The translations under genes were made by a program, and so were the position numbers. A stretch of 64,000 bases of DNA, taken from an uncultured Acidimicrobiales bacterium (GTDB taxonomy: Bacteria; Actinomycetota; Acidimicrobiia; Acidimicrobiales; DATKAS01). Shown piece after piece: positions 41,788 through 50,449 of the stretch. A model generated the notes under the pieces. It was not told the origin of the DNA and did no database searches. It saw only the letters and a list, made by a program, of their open reading frames with translations. The DNA is taken from NCBI GenBank assembly GCA_963847855.1, contig CAWKBM010000002.1, positions 42,500 through 106,499 of the forward strand, written 5' to 3'. The stretch's first letter is position 1, and each line of letters opens with the position of its first letter.

Positions 41788-44307
41788 TTATCCCGACAGT
41801 CCCTGGCCGTGGCGGCGCTCTGGCCGGTCGAGCCGGCGCGGTCGCGAGGCGGACCGCGGCGTCGGATCTGGCGGGGAGGGTGTCCGCGCGGTGACGGGAT
41901 CGAGGAACCGATAGGCAAGCAGCTTCAGCCGGTCGTTCAGCAGGAACCAGGCCAGGGCGTAGCCCCAGACGAACAGCGCCCAACCCCAGCCGAGTGGGGT
42001 CATGAACACGCCGTACACGGCGATGAGCGTCGCCAGCGTCTGGGTGCCGAACACCGCGATCAGCACGACCCGAGCTGGGCGTGGTGTCGACCAGAACGGG
42101 CCGCGGGTGCGGGTCAGGAAGATCGTCAGGTGTCCTGCAACAGACAGCTTGAGGTACATCAGGGTCTGGATGTGGTCACGATCGAGATCGAAGACACGCT
42201 CACCGAGGTAGAAGAGACCGAAGGCGGAGACGACCCCGATGAGGCCGAGCACCGTGGCAATGCCGAGGACCACGCGCATGTTCCACGCCTCGGGTTGTTG
42301 CTTGTAGTGCACGTTGTCGTAGGCGATGGACAAGATGGCGCCATCGTTCAGCAATGCCAAGATCACGATCATCACGGGGGTCAGCGGATAGAAGTCGAAG
42401 ATCAGGATCGCCAAGGTGATGAACAACAGCACGCGCAGCGTCTCGGCGATGCGGTAGATCGCGTAGCTGTTCATCCGCTGGAAGATCTTCCGGCTCTCCT
42501 TGATCGCGTCGACGATCACCGACAGGCCGGGTGTGGTGAGCACGATGTCGGCGGCGGCGCGCGCCGCGTCGGTCGCGCTCGACACGGCGATGCCGCAGTC
42601 GGCCTTCTTCAATGCCGGGGCGTCGTTCACCCCATCGCCGGTCATGCCGACGATGTGGCCACGCTGTTGGAGGACATCGACGATGTGAAACTTGTGTTCC
42701 GGGAATACCTGGGCGAACCCGTCGGCCTCGTCGATGGCCTCTGCCGCCGACGCGGTCTCATCGTGTTTCACGTCGCCGAGGGTGGTGGCGTCGAGGATGT
42801 CGGAACCCATCCCGAGCTTCTTGGCGGTCTCCTGGGCGATCGCCAACGCGTCGCCTGTCACCATCTTGATCGTGACGCCCATCTGTTGGGCGGTGGCGAT
42901 GGTCGCTGCGGCGTCGTCGCGTGGGGGGTCGAACAGAGGCAGCACGCCGAGGAACTGCCAGTCGCCGTCGCCGTCGGATCGGGCCACACCGAGCGAACGA
43001 AAGCCGCGGGCCGCGAAGTCGTTGACCGCTGCGTCGACGCTCGGTTGCACCTGGGCCGCGTTGGCGGCCAAAGCCAAGATGACTTGCGGCGCGCCCTTCG
43101 TCACCTTGAACGCAACGCCGTCGGCCTCGTCGACGGCGGCCTCGGTGCGCTTGCGCACCGCGTCGAACGGGTCGAAGTGGCTGACCTGGTAGGAGCGCAG
43201 GGCGTGGTCGTCGGGCAGGGCTGCGAGAACGGCCCGGTCGATCGGGTCGTCGTTGTCGGCCCGCGAGGCCAGCGCACCGCACAGGATGACCTGCTCGACG
43301 GTCACGCCGTTCACCGGAAACGGGTCCCCGAGCGTCAAGGAGTTCTGGGTCAAGGTGCCCGTCTTGTCGGTGCACAAAACGTCCGCGCCGGCCAGCTCCT
43401 CGATGGCCGCCAGCCGGCTGACGATCGCCTGCTTCCTGGCCAGCTGGCGGGCGCCGACGGCCATCGTGACCGACAGCACCGTGGGCATCGCCACCGGGAT
43501 CGCGGCGACGGTGAGCACCAGCGCGAACTGCACCGTCGTGAGGATCGGGTCGCCGCGCACGAGCGCAACGGTGATGATCACCGCCACGAGCGCGGCCGCG
43601 AGGACGATGAGGTAGTTGCCGATCTTGAGGACGGCCCGCTGAAAGTGGCTGACGGTGCGCGCCTGTTGCACCAGCTCTGTCGTCTTGCCGAAGTAGGTGG
43701 AGGCGCCAGTGGCATAGACCAGGGCGTTGATCTCGCCCTGGCGGATGATCGACCCGGAGAACACCGCCTCGCCAGGTTGGCGGGTGGCCGGCAACGATTC
43801 GCCCGTCAGCGCGGACTGGTCCACCTCGAGGGGGTCGCCCTCGAGCAGGCGGGCATCGGCCGGGACGATGTCGCCCAGTCGCACGCGGATGACGTCACCG
43901 GGTACGAGTTCGCGTGCCGCGGGGGTGATCCAGTTCCCGTCGCGCTTCACCCGGGCCTTGATCGCCAGGTTGGCCTTCAGGGCGTCGATGGCGTTGCCCG
44001 CCTGGCGCTCCTCCCAGAACCCGACGACTGCGTTCGCGACGAGCAGCACCAGGATGATGAAGAGGTCCGCCCAGTGCCCTGCGACGCCCGACAGGATCAC
44101 CGCAATCTCGATCATCCATGGGATCGGCCCCCACAGGTAGGTGAGGAACTTCAGGAACGGGTTGGCCTTCGTCTCGGCGATCTCGTTGGGCCCGTAGCGG
44201 TCCAGTCGCTTTTCGGCCTCCGATTGGCTGAGCCCGTCCGCCGAACACTCCAGACGCTGTTTGACCTCTTCTAGAGGAAGCGATTGCAGGTCGGCGTCGG
44301 CGCTCAC
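41788..44307 (-). CDS. P-type cation-transporting ATPase (plasma-membrane H+-ATPase-like, type III)
   Basis: Carries the motifs ALTGESLP, CTDKTGTLTQN, MVTGD and GDGVNDAPALKKAD. The N-terminus is LEEVKQRLECSADGLSQSEAEKRLDRYGPNEI. The start is GTG 44307, or alternatively ATG 44421. The stop lies 5 nt before the SulP start. Confidence 0.9.
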   Translation of the reverse strand: MSADADLQSLPLEEVKQRLECSADGLSQSEAEKRLDRYGPNEIAETKANPFLKFLTYLWGPIPWMIEIAVILSGVAGHWADLFIILVLLVANAVVGFWEERQAGNAIDALKANLAIKARVKRDGNWITPAARELVPGDVIRVRLGDIVPADARLLEGDPLEVDQSALTGESLPATRQPGEAVFSGSIIRQGEINALVYATGASTYFGKTTELVQQARTVSHFQRAVLKIGNYLIVLAAALVAVIITVALVRGDPILTTVQFALVLTVAAIPVAMPTVLSVTMAVGARQLARKQAIVSRLAAIEELAGADVLCTDKTGTLTQNSLTLGDPFPVNGVTVEQVILCGALASRADNDDPIDRAVLAALPDDHALRSYQVSHFDPFDAVRKRTEAAVDEADGVAFKVTKGAPQVILALAANAAQVQPSVDAAVNDFAARGFRSLGVARSDGDGDWQFLGVLPLFDPPRDDAAATIATAQQMGVTIKMVTGDALAIAQETAKKLGMGSDILDATTLGDVKHDETASAAEAIDEADGFAQVFPEHKFHIVDVLQQRGHIVGMTGDGVNDAPALKKADCGIAVSSATDAARAAADIVLTTPGLSVIVDAIKESRKIFQRMNSYAIYRIAETLRVLLFITLAILIFDFYPLTPVMIVILALLNDGAILSIAYDNVHYKQQPEAWNMRVVLGIATVLGLIGVVSAFGLFYLGERVFDLDRDHIQTLMYLKLSVAGHLTIFLTRTRGPFWSTPRPARVVLIAVFGTQTLATLIAVYGVFMTPLGWGWALFVWGYALAWFLLNDRLKLLAYRFLDPVTARTPSPPDPTPRSASRPRRLDRPERRHGQGLSG

Positions 44308-44521
44308 GCGGGACCGTGCCGAGCTGGAGCGGCGGCGGCCACGGGCCGGCGCCCCACGATGGCTGACAGGGTGCGGGCCACACTCACCACCTCGTTCGGT
44401 CCGCGGACCGAGATTCAGCATCGCAGTCTCGCCCCGCGACGGGGAAGGGACCTTGGGCACTTCCCTCGACACTTCCGACGCGACACGCTGGATGAACGAA
44501 CACTCGGTGTGAGGGAGGCCG

Positions 44522-45363
44522 ATGCTGGAGCGCATCCTGGTCGGGGTTGACGGCTCGACCCAAGCAGCTGGCGCCGAGACGTGGGCGGCGCGCCTCGCGC
44601 GGGATCTCGGCGCGCGGCTCGTGGTCGCCAGCGTGTGGGGACCGAGTCGCGCGGAGCTGCCTCAAGCCGAGAAGCGCGTGGAACGAGACCACGCGCTTCG
44701 CCTCCTGCAGGAATCGTGGACCCAGCCGGCGCACCTGAGCACTGACCCGGTCGAGTCAGTACTCCTCGACGGTTACAGCCCTTACGCGCTGCTCGAGGCA
44801 GCCGATCGCATCGAGGCCGACCTGGTCGTGGTGGGCACCCGGGGACGCGGCGGGTTCGCCGGGCTGCGGGTCGGCAGCTTCTCGGACTATGTCACCCACC
44901 GGACTACGCGCCCCTCGCGGTCATCCCGGCGGAGGCCAAGCCGGGCGTGGACAGAGTTGTGGTCGGACTCGATGGCTCCGACGGCGATCCGTGGGTCGTG
45001 GGCATGTGCATTGCGCTGGCGGAGCCGCTCGGTGCGGACGTGGTCGCCGTGTATGCACATCGCCCGCACCGCGACTGGCTGGGATCACTACCCGAAGACT
45101 GGGAGATACGGGGGCGCGCGGCGCTGGACGATTGGACCTCGCCGTTGCGCGATGCCGGCGTCACCGTCGATACGCGTCTCGTCGAGACCGACCACGCCGC
45201 TGATGCCCTGCTCGAGGTCGCGGCCGAGGTGAACGTCGACGCGATCGTCATCGGCACCCGCGAGTTCAGCGGTTACCGGCCCCTGCGCCTCGGCGGGGTC
45301 ACGATGGCGCTCGTGCACCACAGCGACCGGCCGGTGATCATCGTCCCTCCCCCCGAGCGATGA
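44522..45363 (+). CDS. tandem universal stress protein domains; one frameshift near 44912
   Basis: The first domain reads MLERILVGVDGSTQAAGA...VVVGTRGRGGFAGLRVGSFSDYVTHRTTRP. A 1-nt deletion follows. The second domain reads LAVIPAEAKPGVDRVVVGLDGSDGD...IVIGTREFSGYRPLRLGGVTMALVHHSDRPVIIVP. Confidence 0.85.
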
Positions 45364-45513
45364 CGGACGGATTTCGCCGGCAGCGACGGGACGGCCCGGT
45401 CGTCGCCGCTCGCCCATCCCGTTCGACGTCGCTCGTGACCTCCGACCCTTCCGCTTTCCGTCCCCGACGGCGCACCCTGTGAGGAAGTCGCCCACCACGA
45501 AAGGAGCCAGACC

Positions 45514-46356
45514 GTGAGACGTGTCCTGGTCGGTTTCGACGGTTCGTCAGCCGCCGGCGACGCCCTCGCTTGGACGGCCGATCTGGCCTGGCGCGCCCGG
45601 CTCGAGCTGGTCGTCGCCCGCGTGTTCGTCCCCACCCAGGCCGAGATCTCCCCCGACTTCAACGTCGAGCTTCACGACGCGCAGCGCCGCGAGCTCGATG
45701 AGTGGTCCGCGCGTCCCCCCGGACAGGCGGTTCCGACCGCCACCGTCCTGCTCGATGGCGACCCCCCAGACGCGCTGCTGGCCGTCGCTCGCGACCGGCA
45801 CGCCGACCTCCTCGTCGTCGGAGGCCGCGGCGCCGGGGGCTTCTCGCACCTGCACCTAGGCAGCGTCGCCCACCACCTCGCGCACCACACCACGATCCCC
45901 CTGGCCATCGTGCCCCGCAGCGGCGCCGCACCTGTGAGCCATCTTGTCGTCGGTGTCGACGGGTCACCCAGGAGCCTGGCGGCCATCGACGTGTCCGCCG
46001 AGCTCGCTGTCCGCCTCGAGGTCGGGGTCACCGCCGTGTACGCCTTCGAGCCGCTTGCCGAGTGGGTGCCCGAAACCGACCCCCGCAGCTGGCATCACCA
46101 AGCAGAAGCCTACGTTCGCCAGTGGGCAGCGCCGATCGAGAAGGCCGGCGTGACCGTCGACATCGACGTCGACCGCGACATCCACCCGGTCGCCGCGATC
46201 GCCCGCGCCCTCGACGCCCACCCTGGGTCGGCGGCGTGTGTCGGTACCCGCGGCCTGGGCGGATTCACAGATCTCCGACTTGGCCGTGTCCCCCTCCAGC
46301 TCGTCCACCACACCGGCGCGGCCGTGATCCTGGTGCCACCTGCATCGAACCCATGA
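45514..46356 (+). CDS. tandem universal stress protein domains
   Basis: AAAGGAG-N7-GTG leads into MRRVLVGFDGSSAAGDA...VVGGRGAGGFSHLHLGSVAHHLAHHTTIPLAIVP, then a second domain VVGVDGSPRS...GTRGLGGFTDLRLGRVPLQLVHHTGAAVILVP. Confidence 0.88.
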   Translation: MRRVLVGFDGSSAAGDALAWTADLAWRARLELVVARVFVPTQAEISPDFNVELHDAQRRELDEWSARPPGQAVPTATVLLDGDPPDALLAVARDRHADLLVVGGRGAGGFSHLHLGSVAHHLAHHTTIPLAIVPRSGAAPVSHLVVGVDGSPRSLAAIDVSAELAVRLEVGVTAVYAFEPLAEWVPETDPRSWHHQAEAYVRQWAAPIEKAGVTVDIDVDRDIHPVAAIARALDAHPGSAACVGTRGLGGFTDLRLGRVPLQLVHHTGAAVILVPPASNP

Positions 46357-46438
46357 CGACACCGGCGTGGTTTCTCGTGGCCCATGGGTTCCGCCGTACG
46401 TCGGCGTCACGCCACGCGCGGGTGGGCACTGAACTCAA

Positions 46439-46551
46439 CCCCTAACTGTGCGCGTTTCGCTCAGCGCCACCTGCGGAAAGGAGTTGAGCACAGCGCTCAG
46501 CCTCCGACGCCTTACAAGGAGGGAGTCGGGGTTCGAGTCCCTCAGCGCCCA
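46439..46551 (+). repeat. att-like repeat B: the same arm plus the tRNA-Val 3' half
   Basis: By eye there are about 7 differences from repeat A over ~116 nt. The tRNA-homologous part 46510..46551 has 1 substitution and a 1-nt deletion relative to tRNA-Val. Confidence 0.85.
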
Positions 46552-46622
46552 CCGGTCGTGCTCATTTGTTGCCGCTGCAGAAACGGGGCGTCATCGAACA
46601 TCATCTACTCGACCAATGCGAT

Positions 46623-46692
46623 CCGCGGCGTCGGATCCGGCGGGGAGGGTGTCTGCGCGGTGACGGGGTCGAGGAACCGATAGAGCAGCGGA
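46623..46692 (-). pseudogene. 3'-terminal remnant of a second P-type ATPase gene
   Basis: 61 nt (46623..46683) match 41854..41914 with 3 mismatches. They encode LLYRFLDPVTAQTPSPPDPTPR, against LLAYRFLDPVTARTPSPPDPTPR at the end of the intact ATPase. Homology stops within a few codons on either side. Confidence 0.7.
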
Positions 46693-46873
46693 CTGCACGC
46701 GTTTGACCGTCCGGCGCCCTCGCTGCGAGTGCGCCGACCGAGCTCGAGGTCGTGCGAGGGGCCGCCCCGTCGGGCGGAGTTGAGGAAGGGCTCAGCCCGG
46801 TCGCTCCAGTTCACCTCTCATTTGGTTTCACTCGGACCGCCCCGGGTAACAGCCTGCCGACCGGGAGGCAACC

Positions 46874-47317
46874 GTGACTGATGTGATCTCGATGCTTCAA
46901 CAGGACCATCGCGAAGTCGAAGGTCTGTTCGCGCAGATCAAAGTGACCGACGGCGACGCGCGAGGTCAGCTGGTCTCGAAGTTGGCCGCCAAGGTCCGGT
47001 TGCACATGCAGGTCGAGGAAGCAATCGTCTACCCGGCCGTCGCGCGTCAGGTCGATGACGGCGACGACATGGTGCACGACGCGAGGGCCGACCATGACGA
47101 CGCCCGCAGGGTGCTCGCAGACGTCGAGCGGCTACCGCCCGACGACCCCCGCTTCGACGGAGCGCTCGCGCTGCTCGAAACGGGCATCGCCTACCACGTC
47201 GAGGAGGAGGAGGACGAGATCTTTCCCTCCCTCCGTGAAGCGGCGACCGCCGAGGAGCTCGACGCTCTCGGCGAGACAGTCGCCGCAGCGAAAGGAAGCG
47301 CCCGCGCCTCAGCCTGA
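46874..47317 (+). CDS. hemerythrin-domain protein
   Basis: Contains MTDVISMLQQDHREVEGLFAQI...HMQVEEAIVYPA...HVEEEEDEIFP, a pattern of His/Glu metal ligands. Confidence 0.8.
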   Translation: MTDVISMLQQDHREVEGLFAQIKVTDGDARGQLVSKLAAKVRLHMQVEEAIVYPAVARQVDDGDDMVHDARADHDDARRVLADVERLPPDDPRFDGALALLETGIAYHVEEEEDEIFPSLREAATAEELDALGETVAAAKGSARASA

Positions 47318-47708
47318 CCACCATCGCTTTGAAGCGAAGGAGTCGACCTGGGCGGCGGGGCGAAGCAGGGCGGCACCAACGGCTCCAGGCGAGGCGGCGA
47401 GGGGCAGGGCGACCGCGAAGAAGAGCTGACGAATGCCTGGACGTTCGGCGGCTCCACGAGATCGGACCAACAATGGATTCGTCGCCGCCGTCTGGCCGAT
47501 GGCGTGCAGAGGTCCCCACCGCTCCTGGGGGGCGACAGGCGGACTCGCTGATCGAAGAGTGGGCGCCCAGACGCGGAGTGGCGAAGCAAACTCGCTGACT
47601 GTTCGGGAGCAAAGAGGACGACGGGCTCATGGGCTGATGGGAGCGCGCTGCGATCGCGCGCGCGATGGATCGACGATCGGAAGAGCATCCATCCCGCAGA
47701 TCAGCGGC

Positions 47709-48506
47709 CTATCGGTCGTGGCCTTCACCCTCACCCTGTGCCGCGTTCTGCTCTTGGGCTCTCGGGTGGCCATGGATGACGGTGACCAGCAGGGCGGCGC
47801 AGAGAGCGCCGACGATCGGCGCTGTCACATAGATCCATTGATCTTGGCCGATGCCCGCGACGATGGCGGGCCCGAGCGAACGAGCTGGGTTCATCGAGGC
47901 GCCGGAGACGGCGATCCCGATCAGGCCTGCGGCAGCGATCGTGGCGCCGACCGCGAGGGCTGCGTCTGGCCCGACGAGCTGATGTTGGGTCGCGGTGCTG
48001 AGGATCACCATGACAAGCAGCAGAGTGAGGAGGACTTCGAACCCGAAGCTTTGCCACTGCCCGCCTGTGGGGTGGGTGGTTCCTTGATCGCCGACCGGGT
48101 CGAACAAGGCGTGAAGCGTGGCGGCGGCGGCCAGGGCGCCGCCGAGTTCGGCGCCGATGTACGCCGGGACCCATCGCCACGGGAACACGGTGCGAGCCGC
48201 GAACGCGATCGTTACGGCAGGGTTGAGGTGAGCGCCCGAGATCGAGCCGAACGAGTAGATCATCGCTGCGACGATGAGGGCGGGTGCGATCGCCCGGGCC
48301 GCCACCGGGACTTGGCCGGGGTGGAGCTCGGCGAGGATGTCGGCGCCTGCGGCGGCGAGCACGAGAAAGAAGGTGCCCGCGGCCTCAGCGGTCAGCCGGC
48401 GAAGCGCACTGAGATCAGCGTCGAGCTCGGCGGATCTGAACCTCGCCTCGGTCGGGCGATCGTTCGCCGACCGGATGCCGCTTCTCCCGCGGGTACCCAC
48501 GACCAC
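47709..48506 (-). CDS. MIP/aquaporin family channel
   Basis: Two NPA boxes are present (GAHLNPAVT and GASMNPARS). The start is GTG 48506 or 48500, preceded by AGGAGG. Confidence 0.88.
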   Translation of the reverse strand: MVVGTRGRSGIRSANDRPTEARFRSAELDADLSALRRLTAEAAGTFFLVLAAAGADILAELHPGQVPVAARAIAPALIVAAMIYSFGSISGAHLNPAVTIAFAARTVFPWRWVPAYIGAELGGALAAAATLHALFDPVGDQGTTHPTGGQWQSFGFEVLLTLLLVMVILSTATQHQLVGPDAALAVGATIAAAGLIGIAVSGASMNPARSLGPAIVAGIGQDQWIYVTAPIVGALCAALLVTVIHGHPRAQEQNAAQGEGEGHDR

Positions 48507-48577
48507 AGCCGGATCCTCCTGGCGTTGCCATACCCTGCAACCGGCGGCGGAGACGTGGGAACTTCCGCGAGCGAGGG

Positions 48578-49212
48578 TCAGGGGCTGAGGCGTAGGTCGA
48601 CGACGGCTTGTGCGATCTCGCGGAGGGGAAGGTGGTTGTTGCGGGCGTGACGGCGGAGGATGGCGAACTCTTCGTCGAGGGTGATGCTGCGTTGTCCGGC
48701 GAGGATGCCTTTGGCTTGCTCGATGACGATGCGAGTTTCGAGCGCCTCCGCGAGCTGTTCGTTCACCCTGCGGGCTTGGTCGAGGTCCGTAGGCGTGGGC
48801 GACGTAGCCGGTAGCGATGTCGGCGAGCACTCGCCGCGACAGTGAGCTCGTCGGGCAGCCATTGCCTGGGCGTCGAGTCGTAAACGTTCAGCGCACCGAA
48901 CGGGCGGTTGTTCAACACCATCGGGATCCCGACGACGGAGACCATTCCGGCCTGGCGAGCGGCGGTCCCGTAGTCCGGCCATTCGTCGCGGCCAGTGAGG
49001 TCGGTGACGGCGACAATCTCGCCGGTCGTGTAGGCCTCGTGGCATGGGCCTTGCTGGCTTTCCGCCTGGACTTGCTCGAGACCGCCGATGGCTTCGTTGG
49101 TCGCGGTCACGAAGCGCAGAAGGCCCTCGCTGTCGCCGACGCTCACCCCGGCTCTCGCGGCGCCGAGCAGCTCGGCTGTGCCGTCGCTGAGCTCGAACAG
49201 GACCGCGGACAC
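48578..49212 (-). CDS. GAF-ANTAR RNA-binding regulator; at least 2 frameshifts, N-terminus unresolved
   Basis: The GAF part is in ORF 48763..49212 (...LRFVTATNEAIGGLEQVQAESQQGPCHEAY...GALNVYDSTPRQW). The linker LADIATGYVAHAYG is in a second frame. The ANTAR part LDQARRVNEQLAEALETRIVIEQAKGILAGQRSITLDEEFAILRRHARNNHLPLREIAQAVV is in a third. LLDVLTQFARTLAGRYD upstream of 49212 has no in-frame start codon. Confidence 0.75.
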
Positions 49213-49456
49213 GTCGTAGCGGCCAGCGAGAGTGCGCGCGAACTGCGTGAGGACGTCGAGCAGTCGCGCCGAGCGCGCAGGTGGTCAGGGTCCTGGCGCT
49301 CACCGGATGCGACGTGCCGTTCACGATCGTCGCAAGCGACGTTGCGCCCAGCAACGGGACTCCGACACCCGGTTAGCACGACGGACCAACCTGGCGGTAT
49401 CGGACGATTCGCGTCCGGGGTACCAGTGGGCCATCGCACGACGAAAGGAGCCCGCT

Positions 49457-49708
49457 GTGCCCGGCGAGTCTGCGCACGTGAAGAACGAGAAGCAGTATGA
49501 AGCCCTCAAGGACAAGGGGATGTCGAAGGACCGCGCCGCGAAGATCGCGAACTCGCCCGATGCGTCCAAGCACGGCGGCGAGCGGTCACACAAGGGCGGC
49601 GGAAGCTCCAAGCAAGGCGGCACGACCGCGCAACACAAGGCGGCGGGACGCAAGGGAGGTAAGGCGACCGCGAAGAAGAATTTGAAGGGACGGCCCCACC
49701 ACCCGTGA
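49457..49708 (+). CDS. small basic protein (83 aa) with an N-terminal KxYEALxDKGMSKxRAAKIAN motif and a KGG-rich tail
   Basis: GAAAGGAG-N6-GTG leads into VPGESAHVKNEKQYEALKDKGMSKDRAAKIANSPDASKHGGERSHKGGGSSKQGG.... Homologues of this kind are usually annotated only as conserved hypothetical or plasmid-stabilisation-like proteins. Confidence 0.6.
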   Translation: MPGESAHVKNEKQYEALKDKGMSKDRAAKIANSPDASKHGGERSHKGGGSSKQGGTTAQHKAAGRKGGKATAKKNLKGRPHHP

Positions 49709-49804
49709 CCGTGCGATTTTCGCTCAGAGATGATCTAGGGAAATGCCGGTGAGCCCGAGGGCTCAGTTTCTGATGCCCTACAAGGACGTGGTCGGGGGTT
49801 CGAG
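49707..49804 (+). repeat. att-like repeat C: strongly diverged copy of the arm plus the tRNA-Val anticodon-to-T-loop segment
   Basis: The blocks GTGCG-TTTCGCTCAG, GGAAA, TGAGC, GCTCAG, GATGCC, CAAGGA and GGTCGGGGGTTCGAG are shared with A and B in the same order. Homology ends inside the T-arm. Confidence 0.65.
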
Positions 49805-49837
49805 CACGCCGGGCCGGCGTCGACTCGTCGATTCGCG

Positions 49838-50236
49838 TCAGTCGACTGGCCAGAGGAGCCCGGCGTTGGCGGCCGCAACTTCGATTGCATCGACGAGGCG
49901 CTCGGGAGAGCCGCCGCACATCTCGAGCTCATCGGGACCCAGCAGCACGTACACGGCTCCGTCGGCAGTCTCGGCCACCACGACCGGAGCGGTCCCGGCC
50001 GCGAGTCGTACGGGCTCGGGCTGATCGTCGCGGTGATAGGTGGCGAGGCGCACCGGCAGCCGCTCGCGACATTCCCGCCATTCCGCACGTTCCCGTACGC
50101 GTCCGTGGGTGATGTCGCAGAGTGCGCAGTGAGCTCGGCCGATCGTCGCCCGCAACAGGTACGAGAGCTCGCCGAGAGCGGACCCGTCTGCGTTGTACAC
50201 GCCCACCAAGCGCTCCACGGTGGCGGACGTGTTCAC
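49838..50236 (-). CDS. hypothetical protein (~132 aa)
   Basis: GTG 50236 opens VNTSATVERLVGVYNADGSALGELSYLLRATIGRAHCALCDITHGRVRERAEW.... The composition is coding-like but I recognise no family. Confidence 0.5.
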   Translation of the reverse strand: MNTSATVERLVGVYNADGSALGELSYLLRATIGRAHCALCDITHGRVRERAEWRECRERLPVRLATYHRDDQPEPVRLAAGTAPVVVAETADGAVYVLLGPDELEMCGGSPERLVDAIEVAAANAGLLWPVD

Positions 50237-50449
50237 GGCGCGAGCATCGTACGCCACGAGGCAAGCTGGCGAACGCGGCCGTGATGGCGGCGATCCCTCC
50301 GAGCATCGGAACGAAGAACAGGCTGGCACTGCCCTGTTCTGTCAACCCTCCTCAGCCTGATTCGCACGACGTCATCTTCCTGTCAACACCGGCTGAATCT
50401 TGACCCCTTTCCACCGGCTGAAAGTTGACCCCTTCGGCCGGGTCGGTGG

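Noticed and set aside
35325-50380. A search for an integrase, excisionase, phage or conjugation genes that would make this a classical genomic island.
   Set aside because: Nothing recognisable was found in any listed ORF or in my own translation of the gaps (for example 39536..39775 and 46552..46873). I therefore do not call an integrative element, only att-like repeats.
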